Numbered from the stretch's first letter, positions 39,475 to 50,557 are shown. The stretch is DNA of 64,000 nt from an uncultured cyanobacterium (GCA_963697335.1 CAVONQ010000001.1:1-64000); one strand, 5' to 3'. The notes: generated by a model from the letters alone, not told the origin. Translations and numbers: made by a program.

Positions 39475-40614
39475 TCAGGCTTCTCCCAGCAGGCTCTGGA
39501 GGGGGCGATGGCGGGCTGCGGCGGCGGGCAGCTCGCGCAGCACCTCCTCGCAGAAGCCGCGCTTGAGCAGGGCGGCGGCCTGGTCGGCGGCGATGCCACG
39601 GCTCTGAAGGTAGAAGAGCTCCTCGCGCTGCAGGCGACTCACGGTGGCGCCGTGGGCACACTTGACGTCATCGGCCACGATCTCCAGTTCGGGCTTGGTG
39701 TCAATCCTGGCGCGGTCGGAGAGCAGCAGGGTGCGACTCAACTGGGCCGCATTGGTCTGCTGCGCCGCCCGGGGCACCTGCACCGCGCCGTTGAACACGC
39801 TGCGGCCGCGACCATCGGCCACGGCCTTGTGCAGCTGGTCGAGCGTGCCGGCCGGGCCCTCGAAGCGCACATGGCTGTGGGTGTCGGCCACTTGCTCGCC
39901 ATCCACCAGCTGCAGGCCCCGCAGGCAGGCGTGGGCGGCACCCTCGGTCTGCACCAGACGGGGCTCGTGGCGCAGCAGGGCCCAGCCGGAGCTGGCGTTC
40001 ACCAGCTTGAGCTGGCTGCCGGGGGCCTGGCGCACGGCCGTGTGGGCCAGCAGGGTGGCCTGGCCGCCCTGGCCGATGGCCAGGTTGCCGAGGTTGAGGC
40101 GACTGTCGGCCGCCATCACCACTTCAATCACCAGGCTCAGGGCCTGGGCTCCGGCGGCGGCGATCAGCAGAAAGAGGTCGAGGCTCGCCCCCGGCTCCAG
40201 CAGCAGCAGCAGCCGCCGGGCCCGCAGGCCCTCGCCGTCGCCGGCCTGCCACAGCAACTCGAGCGGATCGGCCTTGCCGCTCACCCGCAGGGCCAGCAGG
40301 GCTGGATCAGCGCCGGCATTGAGCCGCACCGGCCAGTGCTCACTGCAGCCGGTGGCCGCCAGCGAGCGGCCCTGCTCGGCAGCCGCCGCTTCGGCGGAGA
40401 GGCGGCTGATGCCGGACGGCAGTGGCTCCAGATCCCAGCCACTGGCCATGGGATCAGCGAGGCGCTGGGGCAGGGTCTGCAACGCCGACAGATCGGTGAA
40501 GCGCCAGTCCTCCTGCTGGCGGGTGGGCAGCGCTGCCCCGGCCAGGGCACTGAGCCAGGCCTCGCTGGAAGCGGTGGCGGTAGGGGCCACGGGGGCCTGG
40601 GAGCTGGCAACCAT
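39475..40614 (-). CDS. sufD: Fe-S assembly protein SufD
   Basis: [32 protein letters not shown]. Confidence 0.95.
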   Translation of the reverse strand: MVASSQAPVAPTATASSEAWLSALAGAALPTRQQEDWRFTDLSALQTLPQRLADPMASGWDLEPLPSGISRLSAEAAAAEQGRSLAATGCSEHWPVRLNAGADPALLALRVSGKADPLELLWQAGDGEGLRARRLLLLLEPGASLDLFLLIAAAGAQALSLVIEVVMAADSRLNLGNLAIGQGGQATLLAHTAVRQAPGSQLKLVNASSGWALLRHEPRLVQTEGAAHACLRGLQLVDGEQVADTHSHVRFEGPAGTLDQLHKAVADGRGRSVFNGAVQVPRAAQQTNAAQLSRTLLLSDRARIDTKPELEIVADDVKCAHGATVSRLQREELFYLQSRGIAADQAAALLKRGFCEEVLRELPAAAARHRPLQSLLGEA

Positions 40615-41429
40615 CAGCCCACCTCCAACGGGTGACGCTCGGCGCCCGCCTCAAGGCGGGCGACCTGCTCGTCCACCCAGTCGTAGCCGGTGCGCTCCAA
40701 CTCCAGAGCCAGCTCCTTGCCGCCGCTGCGCAGGATCCGGCCCGCGGCCATCACGTGCACGTAGTCCGGGGTGATCACGTCCAGCAGGCGCTGGTAGTGG
40801 GTGATCAACAGGGTGGCGTTGTCGGGGCTGGCGAGCTGGTTGACGCCGCCGGCCACGATGCGCAGGGCATCGATGTCGAGCCCGGAATCGGTTTCATCGA
40901 GGATCGCCACCACTGGCTCCAGCAGGGCCATCTGCAGGATCTCATTGCGCTTTTTCTCACCGCCACTGAACCCCTCGTTGACGCTGCGATCGAGGAAGGC
41001 AGGATCCATCTGAACCACCGCCAGGCGCTCCCGCACCAGATCCTCGAAGGCGAAGGTGTCGAGTTCCTCGGCGCCTTGCTGGCTGCGGCGGGCGTTGGTG
41101 GCCACCCGCAGGAACTCGAGATTGCTCACACCAGGAATCTCCACCGGATACTGGAAGCCGAGGAAGAGGCCGATGCGGGCCCGTTCTTCCGGATCCAGCT
41201 CCAGCAGGTTCTCGCCGCGGTAGTGGACCGAGCCGCCTGTGACGCTGTAGGCGGGATGACCCGCCAGCACCTTGGAGAGGGTGCTCTTGCCACTGCCGTT
41301 GCGGCCCATGACGGCGTGCACCTCACCGGCTCGGATCGTGAGGTTCACCCCCTTGAGGATGGGCTGATCCTCCACCGAAGCCTGCAGGTCGCGAATCTCT
41401 AGGAGTACGGGGGCGTCTGGGCGAATCAC
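40614..41429 (-). CDS. sufC: Fe-S assembly ATPase SufC
   Basis: [34 protein letters not shown]. Confidence 0.97.
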   Translation of the reverse strand: MIRPDAPVLLEIRDLQASVEDQPILKGVNLTIRAGEVHAVMGRNGSGKSTLSKVLAGHPAYSVTGGSVHYRGENLLELDPEERARIGLFLGFQYPVEIPGVSNLEFLRVATNARRSQQGAEELDTFAFEDLVRERLAVVQMDPAFLDRSVNEGFSGGEKKRNEILQMALLEPVVAILDETDSGLDIDALRIVAGGVNQLASPDNATLLITHYQRLLDVITPDYVHVMAAGRILRSGGKELALELERTGYDWVDEQVARLEAGAERHPLEVG

Positions 41430-41512
41430 AGGAAATCAGGAATGGAACGGCAGCTGAACTGAACTGGGCTGAACTGAAGAGTGGAGCAAAGGGGATGCCG
41501 GAAGGACGGGGC

Positions 41513-42952
41513 CTAACCCACCGATCCCTCCAACTTGAGGGCCAGCAGCTTGTCAGCTTCGGCGGCAAACTCCATCGGCAGCTGGTTGAACACATCGCGA
41601 CAGAAGCCGCTCACCATCATCGAGACGGCCTCTTCAAAGCCGATCCCCCGGCTCTGCAGATAGAAGAGCTGGTCTGCCGAGATGCGGCAGGTGCTGGCCT
41701 CGTGCTCCACAGCGGCGTCGGGCTGCTGGCAGCGGATGTAGGGATAGGTGTTGGCAGCCGCCTGATCGCCGATCAACATCGAATCGCACTGGCTGTAGTT
41801 GCGGGCACCAATGGCGTTCGGGCCGATCTGCACCAGGCCGCGATAACTGTTGGAGGAATGGCCCGCACTGATGCCCTTGCTCACGATCGTGGAGCGGGTG
41901 CGGGGGCCCACGTGCACCATCTTGGTGCCGGTGTCAGCCTGCTGACGGTTGTTGGTGAGGGCCACAGAGTAAAACTCCCCCACGGAATCAGCGCCCTGCA
42001 GCACACAACTGGGGTATTTCCAGGTAATGGCTGATCCGGTTTCCACCTGGGTCCAACTGATCTTGCTGCGCGCGCCCCGGCATTGGCCCCGCTTTGTGAC
42101 GAAGTTGTAAATGCCTCCCACTCCGTTCTCATCACCGGCGTACCAGTTCTGGACGGTGGAATACTTGATGGAGGCATCATCGAGAGCCACCAGCTCCACC
42201 ACGGCGGCGTGGAGTTGGTTGGTGTCAAACATCGGGGCCGTGCAACCCTCGAGGTAGCTCACGGAGGCGCCCTGCTCAGCCACGATCAAGGTGCGCTCAA
42301 ACTGGCCCGTGTCGCCGGAGTTGATGCGGAAATAGGTGGAGAGCTCCATCGGACAGGCCACCCCCTTGGGGATGAACACGAAGGAGCCATCACTGAAGAC
42401 AGCGGAATTGAGTGCCGAGAAAAAGTTGTCGTTGGTTGGCACCACCGTGCCCAGATAGGCCTCGATGAGCTCGGGAAAATCCTTCACGGCCTCGCTGATC
42501 GAGCAGAAGATCACGCCGTCCTCGGCAAGCTTTTCGCGAAACGTGGTGGCGATGGACACGCTGTCGAAGACGGCATCCACAGCCACATTGGAGAGGCGCT
42601 TTTGCTCGCCCAGGGGGATGCCGAGCTTGTCAAAGGTTTCCAGAAGCTTGGGGTCCACCTCATCGAGGCTGGCTTTTTTATCCTGCTGCTTGGGAGCGGC
42701 GTAATAGATAATCTCTTGATAATCAATGGCCGGATGGCCCAGCGCGGCCCAATCGGGCTCCTGCATCTTCAGCCACTGCCGGTAGGCACGCAAACGGAAA
42801 TCAAGCAGGAACTGAGGTTCCTCCTTCTTCGCCGAGATCAGCCGAACCACGTCCTCGCTGAGACCCTTGGCAATCTTCTCGGTTTCAATATCAGTGACGA
42901 AACCGTACTTATACGGTTGAGAAACAAGTTCTCCGACGGTGGCTGTGGACAT
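41513..42952 (-). CDS. sufB: Fe-S assembly protein SufB
   Basis: [27 protein letters not shown]. Confidence 0.98.
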   Translation of the reverse strand: MSTATVGELVSQPYKYGFVTDIETEKIAKGLSEDVVRLISAKKEEPQFLLDFRLRAYRQWLKMQEPDWAALGHPAIDYQEIIYYAAPKQQDKKASLDEVDPKLLETFDKLGIPLGEQKRLSNVAVDAVFDSVSIATTFREKLAEDGVIFCSISEAVKDFPELIEAYLGTVVPTNDNFFSALNSAVFSDGSFVFIPKGVACPMELSTYFRINSGDTGQFERTLIVAEQGASVSYLEGCTAPMFDTNQLHAAVVELVALDDASIKYSTVQNWYAGDENGVGGIYNFVTKRGQCRGARSKISWTQVETGSAITWKYPSCVLQGADSVGEFYSVALTNNRQQADTGTKMVHVGPRTRSTIVSKGISAGHSSNSYRGLVQIGPNAIGARNYSQCDSMLIGDQAAANTYPYIRCQQPDAAVEHEASTCRISADQLFYLQSRGIGFEEAVSMMVSGFCRDVFNQLPMEFAAEADKLLALKLEGSVG

Positions 42953-42970
42953 GTTGGGGAAAGCGGTGGA

Positions 42971-43333
42971 TCAGCCGGCGGCGAGGCTTTTGATTTCTTC
43001 GATGCTGATGGACTGCTTCTCACCGCGGAAAGGGTTGTCTTCGGTGAGGAACAGCATGCAGTGGCACTCCTTGCGTTCCCGCATCGGCACACAGGGGCAA
43101 TTCCAGAAGGCCTGCGCCACTTCAGCCTCCTTGTCTTCGTAGTGGCGGCAGGGGCAAAGAGCACCGCCAAGGTCGTCCTTGTGCCGTGCCAGGCCCTCCA
43201 GCACCACCGCCGTGACCCCAGGATCACTGCAGAAATAGGTGCCGGTGCGCTGGGCATAGGTCTCCGCAAACTTCCGGATCACCTCCAGGCTCTCGGGGCT
43301 GGGTGCGGAGCTGGGGGCGGCGGAATCAGACAT
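42971..43333 (-). CDS. ftrC: Ferredoxin-thioredoxin reductase catalytic subunit
   Basis: CPCRH, WNCPC, ECHC motifs. Confidence 0.95.
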   Translation of the reverse strand: MSDSAAPSSAPSPESLEVIRKFAETYAQRTGTYFCSDPGVTAVVLEGLARHKDDLGGALCPCRHYEDKEAEVAQAFWNCPCVPMRERKECHCMLFLTEDNPFRGEKQSISIEEIKSLAAG

Positions 43334-43509
43334 GGAGGGGAAGGGACGACAGAGAGAAGACGGGGCAGGGCCGACAGGCACGGCAGAGCGGGTCTGGACT
43401 GGGAAGCAGGGCTGGGTGCGCCGATCAAAACCAGCTGCCAGGCCGGGTTGAGCGAGGAGACCAGGATCCGCTAGGGGGACGGACAACCTGGCCGAAATCG
43501 CTGATATAC

Positions 43510-43525
43510 GAAACCATCAGGTTTC
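43510..43525. promoter_or_regulatory. Palindrome GAAAC-N6-GTTTC, candidate SufR operator
   Basis: Perfect 5-bp inverted repeat between the divergent ftrC-suf operon and sufR; resembles the CAAC-N6-GTTG SufR box. Confidence 0.5.
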
Positions 43526-43800
43526 CTTTTTCGCAGCTTAGGGCACGGATCAGGGGCCTGGGTGCTCGCCCATTGTGCCGTCCAGGTGAGGGCCGGCGGG
43601 TCTGGCCACCCAATCGCCACGAACCCGTGGCATGGTGTTGGGGACCGGTGTCGTTGATGCGATTCCCTATCGCTTCGCGCACTTTGAGCAAAGCATTCGT
43701 TTCAGGTTCAGCCCCGGATGGCCTCGCCACTCCAGCCAACCGCGCCACCTTCGCGGCTCCCTTCGCGGCTGTGGGCCGTCCCCCAGCCCCCGGCGCCGCA

Positions 43801-44451
43801 GTGAACAGCGCGGACACCACACCCTCCTCCACCCGGGAGGCGGCCCTGGCCCTTCTCCTGCGGCATGGGGAGTCCACGGCGGCGGCGTTGGCGCGTCATC
43901 TGGGGGTGTCCGTTCAGGTGATGCGGCGCCATCTGCGCACGCTGGAGGAGGAGGGGCTGGTGCGCTCCAGCCTCAGTGCGGCCGGTCCTGGGCGCCCGAG
44001 CAACCAGTGGCATCTCACCGCCCAGGGCCAGGGCAGATTTCCAGACGGCAGCGAGGATTTTGCCCTCGGCCTGCTCCAGTCGATGACCGAGTCGCTCTCC
44101 GAGGAGACCGTGAACCTGCTGCTCTGCCAGCAGGGAACCCAGAAAGCCCAGTCCTATCGCCGGCATGTGGGGGCAGGCAGCCTTCAGGAGCGGCTGGAGC
44201 GGCTGGTGGATCTGCGGCGGCAGGAGGGCTATGTGGCCGAGTGCTGCCCCGATCCCGATGGCCACTCCTGGGTGATCCAGGAATTCCACTGTTCCGTGAT
44301 GCGGATCGCCGAGCAGTTTCCCTGCGTCTGTGATCAGGAACTGCGCCTGATCCGCGAAACCTTTCCCGATTGTTTGGTGGAGCGGGTGCAATGGCGGCTG
44401 GAGGCCGGGCACTCCTGCGGGTTCCGGCTCCAGCCCGTCCTCTCCCCCTGA
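43801..44451 (+). CDS. sufR: Fe-S biogenesis transcriptional repressor SufR
   Basis: N-terminal HTH, GRP, EGY.AE, HC...FPCVCDQE, C-terminal C; divergent from suf. Confidence 0.92.
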   Translation: MNSADTTPSSTREAALALLLRHGESTAAALARHLGVSVQVMRRHLRTLEEEGLVRSSLSAAGPGRPSNQWHLTAQGQGRFPDGSEDFALGLLQSMTESLSEETVNLLLCQQGTQKAQSYRRHVGAGSLQERLERLVDLRRQEGYVAECCPDPDGHSWVIQEFHCSVMRIAEQFPCVCDQELRLIRETFPDCLVERVQWRLEAGHSCGFRLQPVLSP

Positions 44452-44462
44452 GCTCTCCCCCC

Positions 44463-44840
44463 ATGCCAGGGATGCAAGGTCCGCTCAGCACCATTGAACT
44501 GGAGGAGCTGGAGGCCACCCTGCTGCCAGCCCTGGAGCGCCATCACCTCAGGTTGCTGGCCCATGGCCTGCGCACCCTGCAGGCGATCGCCGGACGGCGC
44601 GAGGGGCCGCCCCCCGATCGTGCCGCTCTGGAGCACTGGGCCAGCGGCGTGCCGCAACTGAACAACGATCCCGCTTTTCAGCGGTCCTTTCTCGACCAGC
44701 TCGAGGCCGCAGGCCGCCAGCTCGAGGCGATGGCGGCGAGCCTGGGCAGCACGGCCCTGGCCCTGGAGCTCTCTGAGCTCTGCCGCAGCGCCAAGGCCGC
44801 CGCAGATCAGCGCCTCAGGATCGAACCGGACCCAACCTGA
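44463..44840 (+). CDS. Hypothetical protein
   Basis: LLPALERHHLRLLAHGLR; host codon style. Confidence 0.7.
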   Translation: MPGMQGPLSTIELEELEATLLPALERHHLRLLAHGLRTLQAIAGRREGPPPDRAALEHWASGVPQLNNDPAFQRSFLDQLEAAGRQLEAMAASLGSTALALELSELCRSAKAAADQRLRIEPDPT

Positions 44841-44862
44841 AGCCCCCCGGCGCCAGAACCGT

Positions 44863-45768
44863 TCAGCCCACCAGGAGCACCACCCCAGCCAGGGCCGCCA
44901 GGGCCGCCAGCCACCCGCTCAAGAGCGGCCTGTCCCCCTCCAGTGGCGCCACCAGCATCGCCATCACGGGCGCCGTGGCCAGCAAAGACACCGCCAGCCC
45001 TGCCGGCAGCCGGCTCAGGGCCACTTGTTGCAGTCCGATCCCAGCCGTCGTGCCGAGCAGGGTGGCCACCAGCACCTGCCCCCAGAAAGGGCGCATCGAG
45101 CCGGCCCCGTGGGCGCACCGGCCGGCCGGTCGGCGCCAGCGCCGCACCAGGCCGGGCAGCAACGGCAGCATCACCACGCTGGCGGCGGCCAGGCGCAGGC
45201 CCGTGGCCGCAAGGGGGCTGATCGCCCCGTCCTGGAGGGCCGCCCGAGCCAGAAGGGCACCAGCACTGCCACAGACCATCGCCGCTGCCGCCAGCAACAG
45301 GCCGGCCGCAGCAGGCCCGTCAGCCTCAAGCGCTGCGGGGGTGGTCTGACGGGCCACCAGCACCAGGGCCACACTGATCAGGCCGATCCCGGCCCACTGC
45401 TGCAGGCCCAGGGCCTCCCCAAGCAGGAGTGCCGCCACCGCTGCCGTGAGGGCGGGCCCCCCGGCCTCCAGCGTGAGGGTGCGGCGGGTGCCAAGGCGTC
45501 GCAGGGCCGCGAAAAAGAGGCTGTCGCCCGCCGCGATGCCCAGCACCCCACTGACGGCCAGCAGGGCCAGGCCCCTGCCAGGCAGGCTGGAAAGGCCGCG
45601 GGTGGCCACAACCAGAGCCAGGGGCACGGCCAGCATGGCCAGGGCCAACAGGTTCTTGAGCAGGTTCAGCCGCGCCGCTCCCAGGGACGGGGGGAGCCGT
45701 CGCCACAGGCTGCTGGCCAGGGTCCAGCCGAGGGCGGCCCCAAGCGCCGCCGCCACGCCGATCACCAC
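44863..45768 (-). CDS. DMT/EamA family transporter
   Basis: About 10 TM segments in two repeats; GIAAGD..FF. Confidence 0.85.
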   Translation of the reverse strand: MVIGVAAALGAALGWTLASSLWRRLPPSLGAARLNLLKNLLALAMLAVPLALVVATRGLSSLPGRGLALLAVSGVLGIAAGDSLFFAALRRLGTRRTLTLEAGGPALTAAVAALLLGEALGLQQWAGIGLISVALVLVARQTTPAALEADGPAAAGLLLAAAAMVCGSAGALLARAALQDGAISPLAATGLRLAAASVVMLPLLPGLVRRWRRPAGRCAHGAGSMRPFWGQVLVATLLGTTAGIGLQQVALSRLPAGLAVSLLATAPVMAMLVAPLEGDRPLLSGWLAALAALAGVVLLVG

Positions 45769-45817
45769 CTCGCTCCGCCCGCTGGCTTGCGATCATCGTG
45801 CCAACTGCCGACCCAGC

Positions 45818-46423
45818 GTGACTGACGCCATCGCCGATGCCCTTGGCTTCTTCCGGCTGAGCTGCGGCCGCTGGCGCTCCCAGCGCAGCAGCCACCACCT
45901 GCTCCACCGTCGGGCGGAAGCCGGCGGCTCCTGGATCGAGGTGGTGGAACTTGCCGCTGACGATCCGCGCCTGATCGCCATCGCCGAGCTGCACGGCCAG
46001 CCCCCCAGCGGCCTGGTGGGGGGCTGCCGGGTCACCTGGAACGCCTCGATGGCCTGGGACCAGGCCGGCGAGGCCCACGAGGGCGAGAGCGTCTTCGGAC
46101 TCATCCCCACCGATGCGGCAGGCCGCCAGGGGCTGCTGCTGCGCGACAGGGGCTATGCGGAAACTGCTCCGGTGGCCGGCCACTTCGCCATGGATGAGCG
46201 CGACGGGCTGCTGCTCACCACCAGCTACGAGACGATGAACAGCCTGGAGCGATTCAGCTTTGCCGGACCCAACGTGCGGCTGCGCACCAGCACCGTGGAG
46301 GGCCTGTCCAACACCGCGTCGTTCTGTGTGGAAACCAGAATCCTGGCTGATCCCCAGCCCGCCGCCGGGGCAGCCATGGAGCGCGGCAAGGACGGGCAGA
46401 GCCTCTCGCCGCTGGGCTGGTAA
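45818..46423 (+). CDS. cpcS: Phycobiliprotein lyase, CpcS/CpeS family
   Basis: FFRLSCGRWRSQRSSHHL, LLRDRGYAE, ERF.F, SFCVE.R. Confidence 0.9.
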   Translation: MTDAIADALGFFRLSCGRWRSQRSSHHLLHRRAEAGGSWIEVVELAADDPRLIAIAELHGQPPSGLVGGCRVTWNASMAWDQAGEAHEGESVFGLIPTDAAGRQGLLLRDRGYAETAPVAGHFAMDERDGLLLTTSYETMNSLERFSFAGPNVRLRTSTVEGLSNTASFCVETRILADPQPAAGAAMERGKDGQSLSPLGW

Positions 46424-46511
46424 ACGTTACGGACTGTGAGTCCTGCCGGGGCTGCGGCGGTGGGGCTGCTGCGGCACTTCTACGATCACGGCCGACGGAT
46501 GCTGAAAACGC

Positions 46512-47270
46512 GTGGCCCTGCCCCTCCTGAAGTACGCACCCACCACCCAGAACTCACGGGTGGACCCTCTGCGGGTGGGTTCTGATGAGGATCCCAAAGC
46601 TGCGTCCATGGACAAAGCCATCGACCGCGAAGATCAGAATTTCGTGATCGAAGCGGCGTACCGCCAGATTTTCTTCCACGCTTTCAAGGTGGATCGCGAC
46701 CGCACCCTCGAGTCGCAACTGCGGGACGGTCAGATCACGGTGCGGGATTTCATCCGCTCCCTGTGCCTCTCCGACACCTTCAACCGCAGCTTCTACACCC
46801 TCAACAGCAACTACAAAGTGGCCCGCCACCTGGTGGAGAAGCTGCTGGGTCGTCCCACCCATGGCAAATCTGAGGAGATCGCCTGGTCGGCCGTGCTGAT
46901 GACCCGTGGTGTCAAGGGCATGGTGGACGACATCCTCGATTCCGAGGAGTACCTGGGCAGCTTCGGCTACGACACCGTGCCTTACCACCGCAACCGGGTG
47001 GTGGGCAGCCGAGATCTGGGCGAGACACCGTTCAACATCACCAGCCCCCGCTACGACGCCTACTACCGCAACATCCTGGGCTTCCCCCAGGTGGTGTACA
47101 CGGGCACAGCCAAGGCCTACCCGCAGCGCTCCCGCCAGCGCCGTGGCGGCTTCCCCGAGGACTATCTCCCCTGGGTGCGCAGCCTGCCGGCGATGCGTGC
47201 CACCAGCGCCGCCTCCGCTGCCGACATCAACTACCTGGCCAAGGTTCCCTACCGCAGCATCGGCCGCTGA
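46512..47270 (+). CDS. cpcG: Phycobilisome rod-core linker CpcG
   Basis: MALPLLKYAPTTQNSRV, AAYRQIF, ITVRDFIR, FGYDTVPY. Confidence 0.95.
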   Translation: MALPLLKYAPTTQNSRVDPLRVGSDEDPKAASMDKAIDREDQNFVIEAAYRQIFFHAFKVDRDRTLESQLRDGQITVRDFIRSLCLSDTFNRSFYTLNSNYKVARHLVEKLLGRPTHGKSEEIAWSAVLMTRGVKGMVDDILDSEEYLGSFGYDTVPYHRNRVVGSRDLGETPFNITSPRYDAYYRNILGFPQVVYTGTAKAYPQRSRQRRGGFPEDYLPWVRSLPAMRATSAASAADINYLAKVPYRSIGR

Positions 47271-47295
47271 CGCCCCTGCCGCAGACTCACAGACC

Positions 47296-47319
47296 AAGCG
47301 GCCCCTGGGCCGCTTTTTT
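47296..47319 (+). terminator. Rho-independent terminator of cpcG
   Basis: AAGCGGCCC-CT-GGGCCGCTTTTTT. Confidence 0.8.
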
Positions 47320-47491
47320 CATGGCGGTTGCCGGGACCGTGTTGGCTGGGGTGGGCTCCACCGGGAGGGCCGCCGTGATCCCCAGGGCGTCCGGAGCGTG
47401 AGTCCTGGTCAGTGGATGCTGACCCCATCGCTGCGGACAAGGCCGTTCGGGGAAAAGTGCTTCACACTGATCCCAAACGAAACCTTACGCA

Positions 47492-48637
47492 GTGAGCCAA
47501 GCCCTGTCCTCTTTGGCCCGCATGACCCTCCGGCAACTGCGCCAGATTGCCAGCGATCTGGGCGTGAGCCTGTACAGCCGCAAATCCAAGGATGAGCTGG
47601 TGTCTGAGATCGAGGCCCGCAAGGACGACCAGTCGGACGAGGGCTTCGGCCAGGTGCAGGGCAGTGCTGCCTCCCAGGGCGAGAGTCCATCGCTGAAGTC
47701 GATTGAGGCCGACATGCCGCCGGCCCCCCGGCCCGCGGCCGAGACCAGCGTGGTGTTCCTGCCCCGGGACCCGCAGTGGGCCTATGTGTTCTGGGACATC
47801 ACCGAAGCCGATCGCAACACCGCCTTTGCCGCCGGGGCCAATCAGCTCTGCCTGAGACTTGCCGATGTGACGGGCCTCTCCGGCGGTTCCGCCCACCCCC
47901 ATACCCTCCAGGAGGTGGTCGTCGACAGCCATGCCACTGAGTGGTATTTGCCGGTGCCCCTGAGCGATCGCGATTACCGGGTTGAGCTCGGCTACCGCAA
48001 GGGCTCCGCTGGCGGCTGGATTTCGCTGGCCTTCTCCTCCGTTGCCCGGGTTCCAGCCCTCCACCCCAGCGAACAGATCCTGGATCAGTTCGTTCCCTTC
48101 ACCCTCGACACCAGTGCGCCGGCTCCGGCGGCGATTACTGCAGCTGCAGCGCCGTCGACCTCCCCTGCAGGCGGTGATCAGGATCTGCACGAGCGTCTCT
48201 ACCAGAGCGCCACATCCCAGTGGCGTCGCATCAGCCGGGGCTCCGAGGCCTTCCACGAGCTCGACACAGCGGGCTTTGAGAGCGGCGGGCTGAATGCCTC
48301 TGGTGTGGGCATCTGGTCCAGCGGCCGCAGCGAGTCTGGCATCGGCGGCGTGGCTCCGCGCCAGCGGTCCTTCTGGCTGGTGGCCGATGCCGAACTGATT
48401 GTCTACGGTGCTACGGACCCCTCGGCAAAGCTCGCGATCGGCGGCGAGGACGTGCCCCTGTCTGCCGACGGCACCTTCCGCGTGCAGGTGCCCTTCCGCG
48501 ACGGTCGCCAGATCTATCCGATCGAGGCCGTTGCCACTGACGGTGAGCAGAAGCGCAGCATCACACTCGAATTCAGTCGCACCACCCCCGAAGACAACAG
48601 CAACCCGGCCGACCAGGCTGTGGCTGAGTGGTTCTGA
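47492..48637 (+). CDS. DUF4912 protein with Rho-N-like N-terminus
   Basis: MTLRQLRQIA..YSRKSKDEL; FLPRDPQWAYVFW; FWLVADAELIVYGAT. Confidence 0.85.
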   Translation: MSQALSSLARMTLRQLRQIASDLGVSLYSRKSKDELVSEIEARKDDQSDEGFGQVQGSAASQGESPSLKSIEADMPPAPRPAAETSVVFLPRDPQWAYVFWDITEADRNTAFAAGANQLCLRLADVTGLSGGSAHPHTLQEVVVDSHATEWYLPVPLSDRDYRVELGYRKGSAGGWISLAFSSVARVPALHPSEQILDQFVPFTLDTSAPAPAAITAAAAPSTSPAGGDQDLHERLYQSATSQWRRISRGSEAFHELDTAGFESGGLNASGVGIWSSGRSESGIGGVAPRQRSFWLVADAELIVYGATDPSAKLAIGGEDVPLSADGTFRVQVPFRDGRQIYPIEAVATDGEQKRSITLEFSRTTPEDNSNPADQAVAEWF

Positions 48638-48643
48638 CCTGAG

Positions 48644-48844
48644 TTGACCGTGCCCACCCCCGCCACACCTCTGCGCCTCGTGGTTGCCCTCACCCCGGTC
48701 GCCGGGGCCCTCGCCTTCCCGGTGGCGGTGCCCCTGGTGCTGCGCTGGGTGGGGTTGCCGGCAGCGGTACTCACGGCCGTGGTGGTGGGAACGCTGTGGT
48801 TCGTGCTGATGCTGCGCACAGCTGAGATGCCCTCGCACCACTAG
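48644..48844 (+). CDS. Small membrane protein
   Basis: Two TM segments; ends MLRTAEMP. Confidence 0.6.
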   Translation: MTVPTPATPLRLVVALTPVAGALAFPVAVPLVLRWVGLPAAVLTAVVVGTLWFVLMLRTAEMPSHH

Positions 48845-48903
48845 GGTTCTGGCCCTGACTCCTCGCTTGAGGCAACACTGCCCTCAGCCGTGGACATCCG
48901 TAG

Positions 48904-50298
48904 ATGGCAGGTGTGCTTCCATCGGGTCTGGCTCTGCTGCTGGGCGCGGGACTGCTGGCGGGCTGCACAGCGGTAGCCAGGATTGGCGGGGCCCCTGAGC
49001 CCGAGCCACCGCTGCCGGCGGGCTTCACCGTGGCCTTCAACCACCGGCTGGGCAACCGCTACCGGAGCCCGGTGAGCGGCGAATGGCGCCAGGGCGACGA
49101 CCTGGAGGCGATGCTGCTGGGCGCCATCGCCTCCGCCCGTCACAGCATCCTGGTGGCTGTGCAGGAACTCTCCCTGCCCCGGGTGGCCGAGGCCCTGGTG
49201 GCCCAGCAACGGCGCGGCATCAGGGTGCAGGTGGTGCTGGAGAACACGTACAGCCAGGCGTGGTCGGAGCAGCACCTGGCCGACCTTTCCGCCCGGGACC
49301 GGCAGCGGCACCAGCAACTCCAGGCCCTCGGCGGGGGAGATGCGGTGGCGATCCTGCGGCGCGGCGGCGTGCCGATGCTGGATGACACCGCCGATGGCAG
49401 TGCCGGCAGTGGCCTGATGCACCACAAGTTTCTGGTGATCGATGGGGCGGTGGTGGTGACGGGCTCCGCCAACTTCACGGCGTCGGGGATTCATGGCGAT
49501 GCGGGCGCCCCCCAGACCCGCGGCAACGTGAATCACCTGCTGCAGATCGAGAGCCCGGAGCTGGCCGCCCTGTTCAGCGCCGAATTCGACCGCCTGTGGG
49601 GGGATGGTCCCGGGGGTGCAGCTGACAGCCGCTTCGGCCTGGGCAAGGACAGCCCCGGACTGCAGAGGGTGCGGGTGCGGGGCACCCCCGTGGCGGTGCT
49701 GTTCGCGCCCCATCGGCGCCGGGATACCGCCAATGGCCTTCAGCAGCTGGACAGCCTGCTGAAGCAGACGCGCCGCAGCGCCGATCTGGCCCTGTTCGTG
49801 TTCTCCGATCAGCAGCTGGGCGACACCCTGGGACAGCTGCACCGCCGCGGCGTGGCGATCCGGCTGCTGGCCGACCCGGGCTTTGCCAACCGCTCCTTCA
49901 GCGAAGTGCTGGATCTGCTGGGGGTGGCCTTGCCCGATCACCGCTGTGCCCTGGAGGCGGGCAACGCCCCCCAGCGCAAGCCCCTGGAGGGAGTCGGCAC
50001 CCCGCGCCTGGCCGCCGGCGACAAGATGCACCACAAGATGGCGGTGCTCGACCAGCGGACCGTGGTCACGGGCTCCTTCAACTGGAGCCCGAGTGCCGCC
50101 CACCAGAACGATGAAACCCTGTTGATCATCGAGTCGCCCCAGCTGGCGGCCCATTTCAGCCGGGAAATCGATCGTCTCTGGAAAGGGGCGGAGCTCGGCA
50201 TCTCCGCCCGGCTGCAGCGCAAGCGCGACCGCCAGCAGCAGCTCTGTGGCCGCGGCCGGCAGCGGCTGGTCCAGGATGGCCCCGTACGATCTGGCTAG
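48904..50298 (+). CDS. Phospholipase D superfamily lipoprotein (putative nuclease)
   Basis: Lipobox LAGC; two HKD motifs (HHKFLVID..GSAN; HHKMAVLD..GSFN). Confidence 0.9.
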   Translation: MAGVLPSGLALLLGAGLLAGCTAVARIGGAPEPEPPLPAGFTVAFNHRLGNRYRSPVSGEWRQGDDLEAMLLGAIASARHSILVAVQELSLPRVAEALVAQQRRGIRVQVVLENTYSQAWSEQHLADLSARDRQRHQQLQALGGGDAVAILRRGGVPMLDDTADGSAGSGLMHHKFLVIDGAVVVTGSANFTASGIHGDAGAPQTRGNVNHLLQIESPELAALFSAEFDRLWGDGPGGAADSRFGLGKDSPGLQRVRVRGTPVAVLFAPHRRRDTANGLQQLDSLLKQTRRSADLALFVFSDQQLGDTLGQLHRRGVAIRLLADPGFANRSFSEVLDLLGVALPDHRCALEAGNAPQRKPLEGVGTPRLAAGDKMHHKMAVLDQRTVVTGSFNWSPSAAHQNDETLLIIESPQLAAHFSREIDRLWKGAELGISARLQRKRDRQQQLCGRGRQRLVQDGPVRSG

Positions 50299-50314
50299 AC
50301 AAGCTCCACTGCCG

Positions 50315-50557
50315 ATGGACTCAAGATCCGCCGCCAAGGCTGAATCGACCACCCTTGATGCGATCCAACTGATGTTGCGGGATCTTCAGACCCGCCATGA
50401 CGAAATTCGCCACCGGGCTGCATTCCGGGGCTGCACGAAGGAGCTGCTGGACGTGCAACAGGAGCTGGTGGATTACCTGCTCACCAAAAAGAGCCAACTG
50501 ATGGGCCAGAGTGAGAGAGAAAGCCTCACCAACCGCAATTACAACGCCTTCCTCTGA
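50315..50557 (+). CDS. Small hypothetical protein
   Basis: 80-aa helical ORF. Confidence 0.55.
   Translation: MDSRSAAKAESTTLDAIQLMLRDLQTRHDEIRHRAAFRGCTKELLDVQQELVDYLLTKKSQLMGQSERESLTNRNYNAFL

Noticed and set aside
41453..41479. CTGAA-rich short repeats between sufB and sufC
   Set aside because: Low-complexity intergenic sequence with no supportable function.
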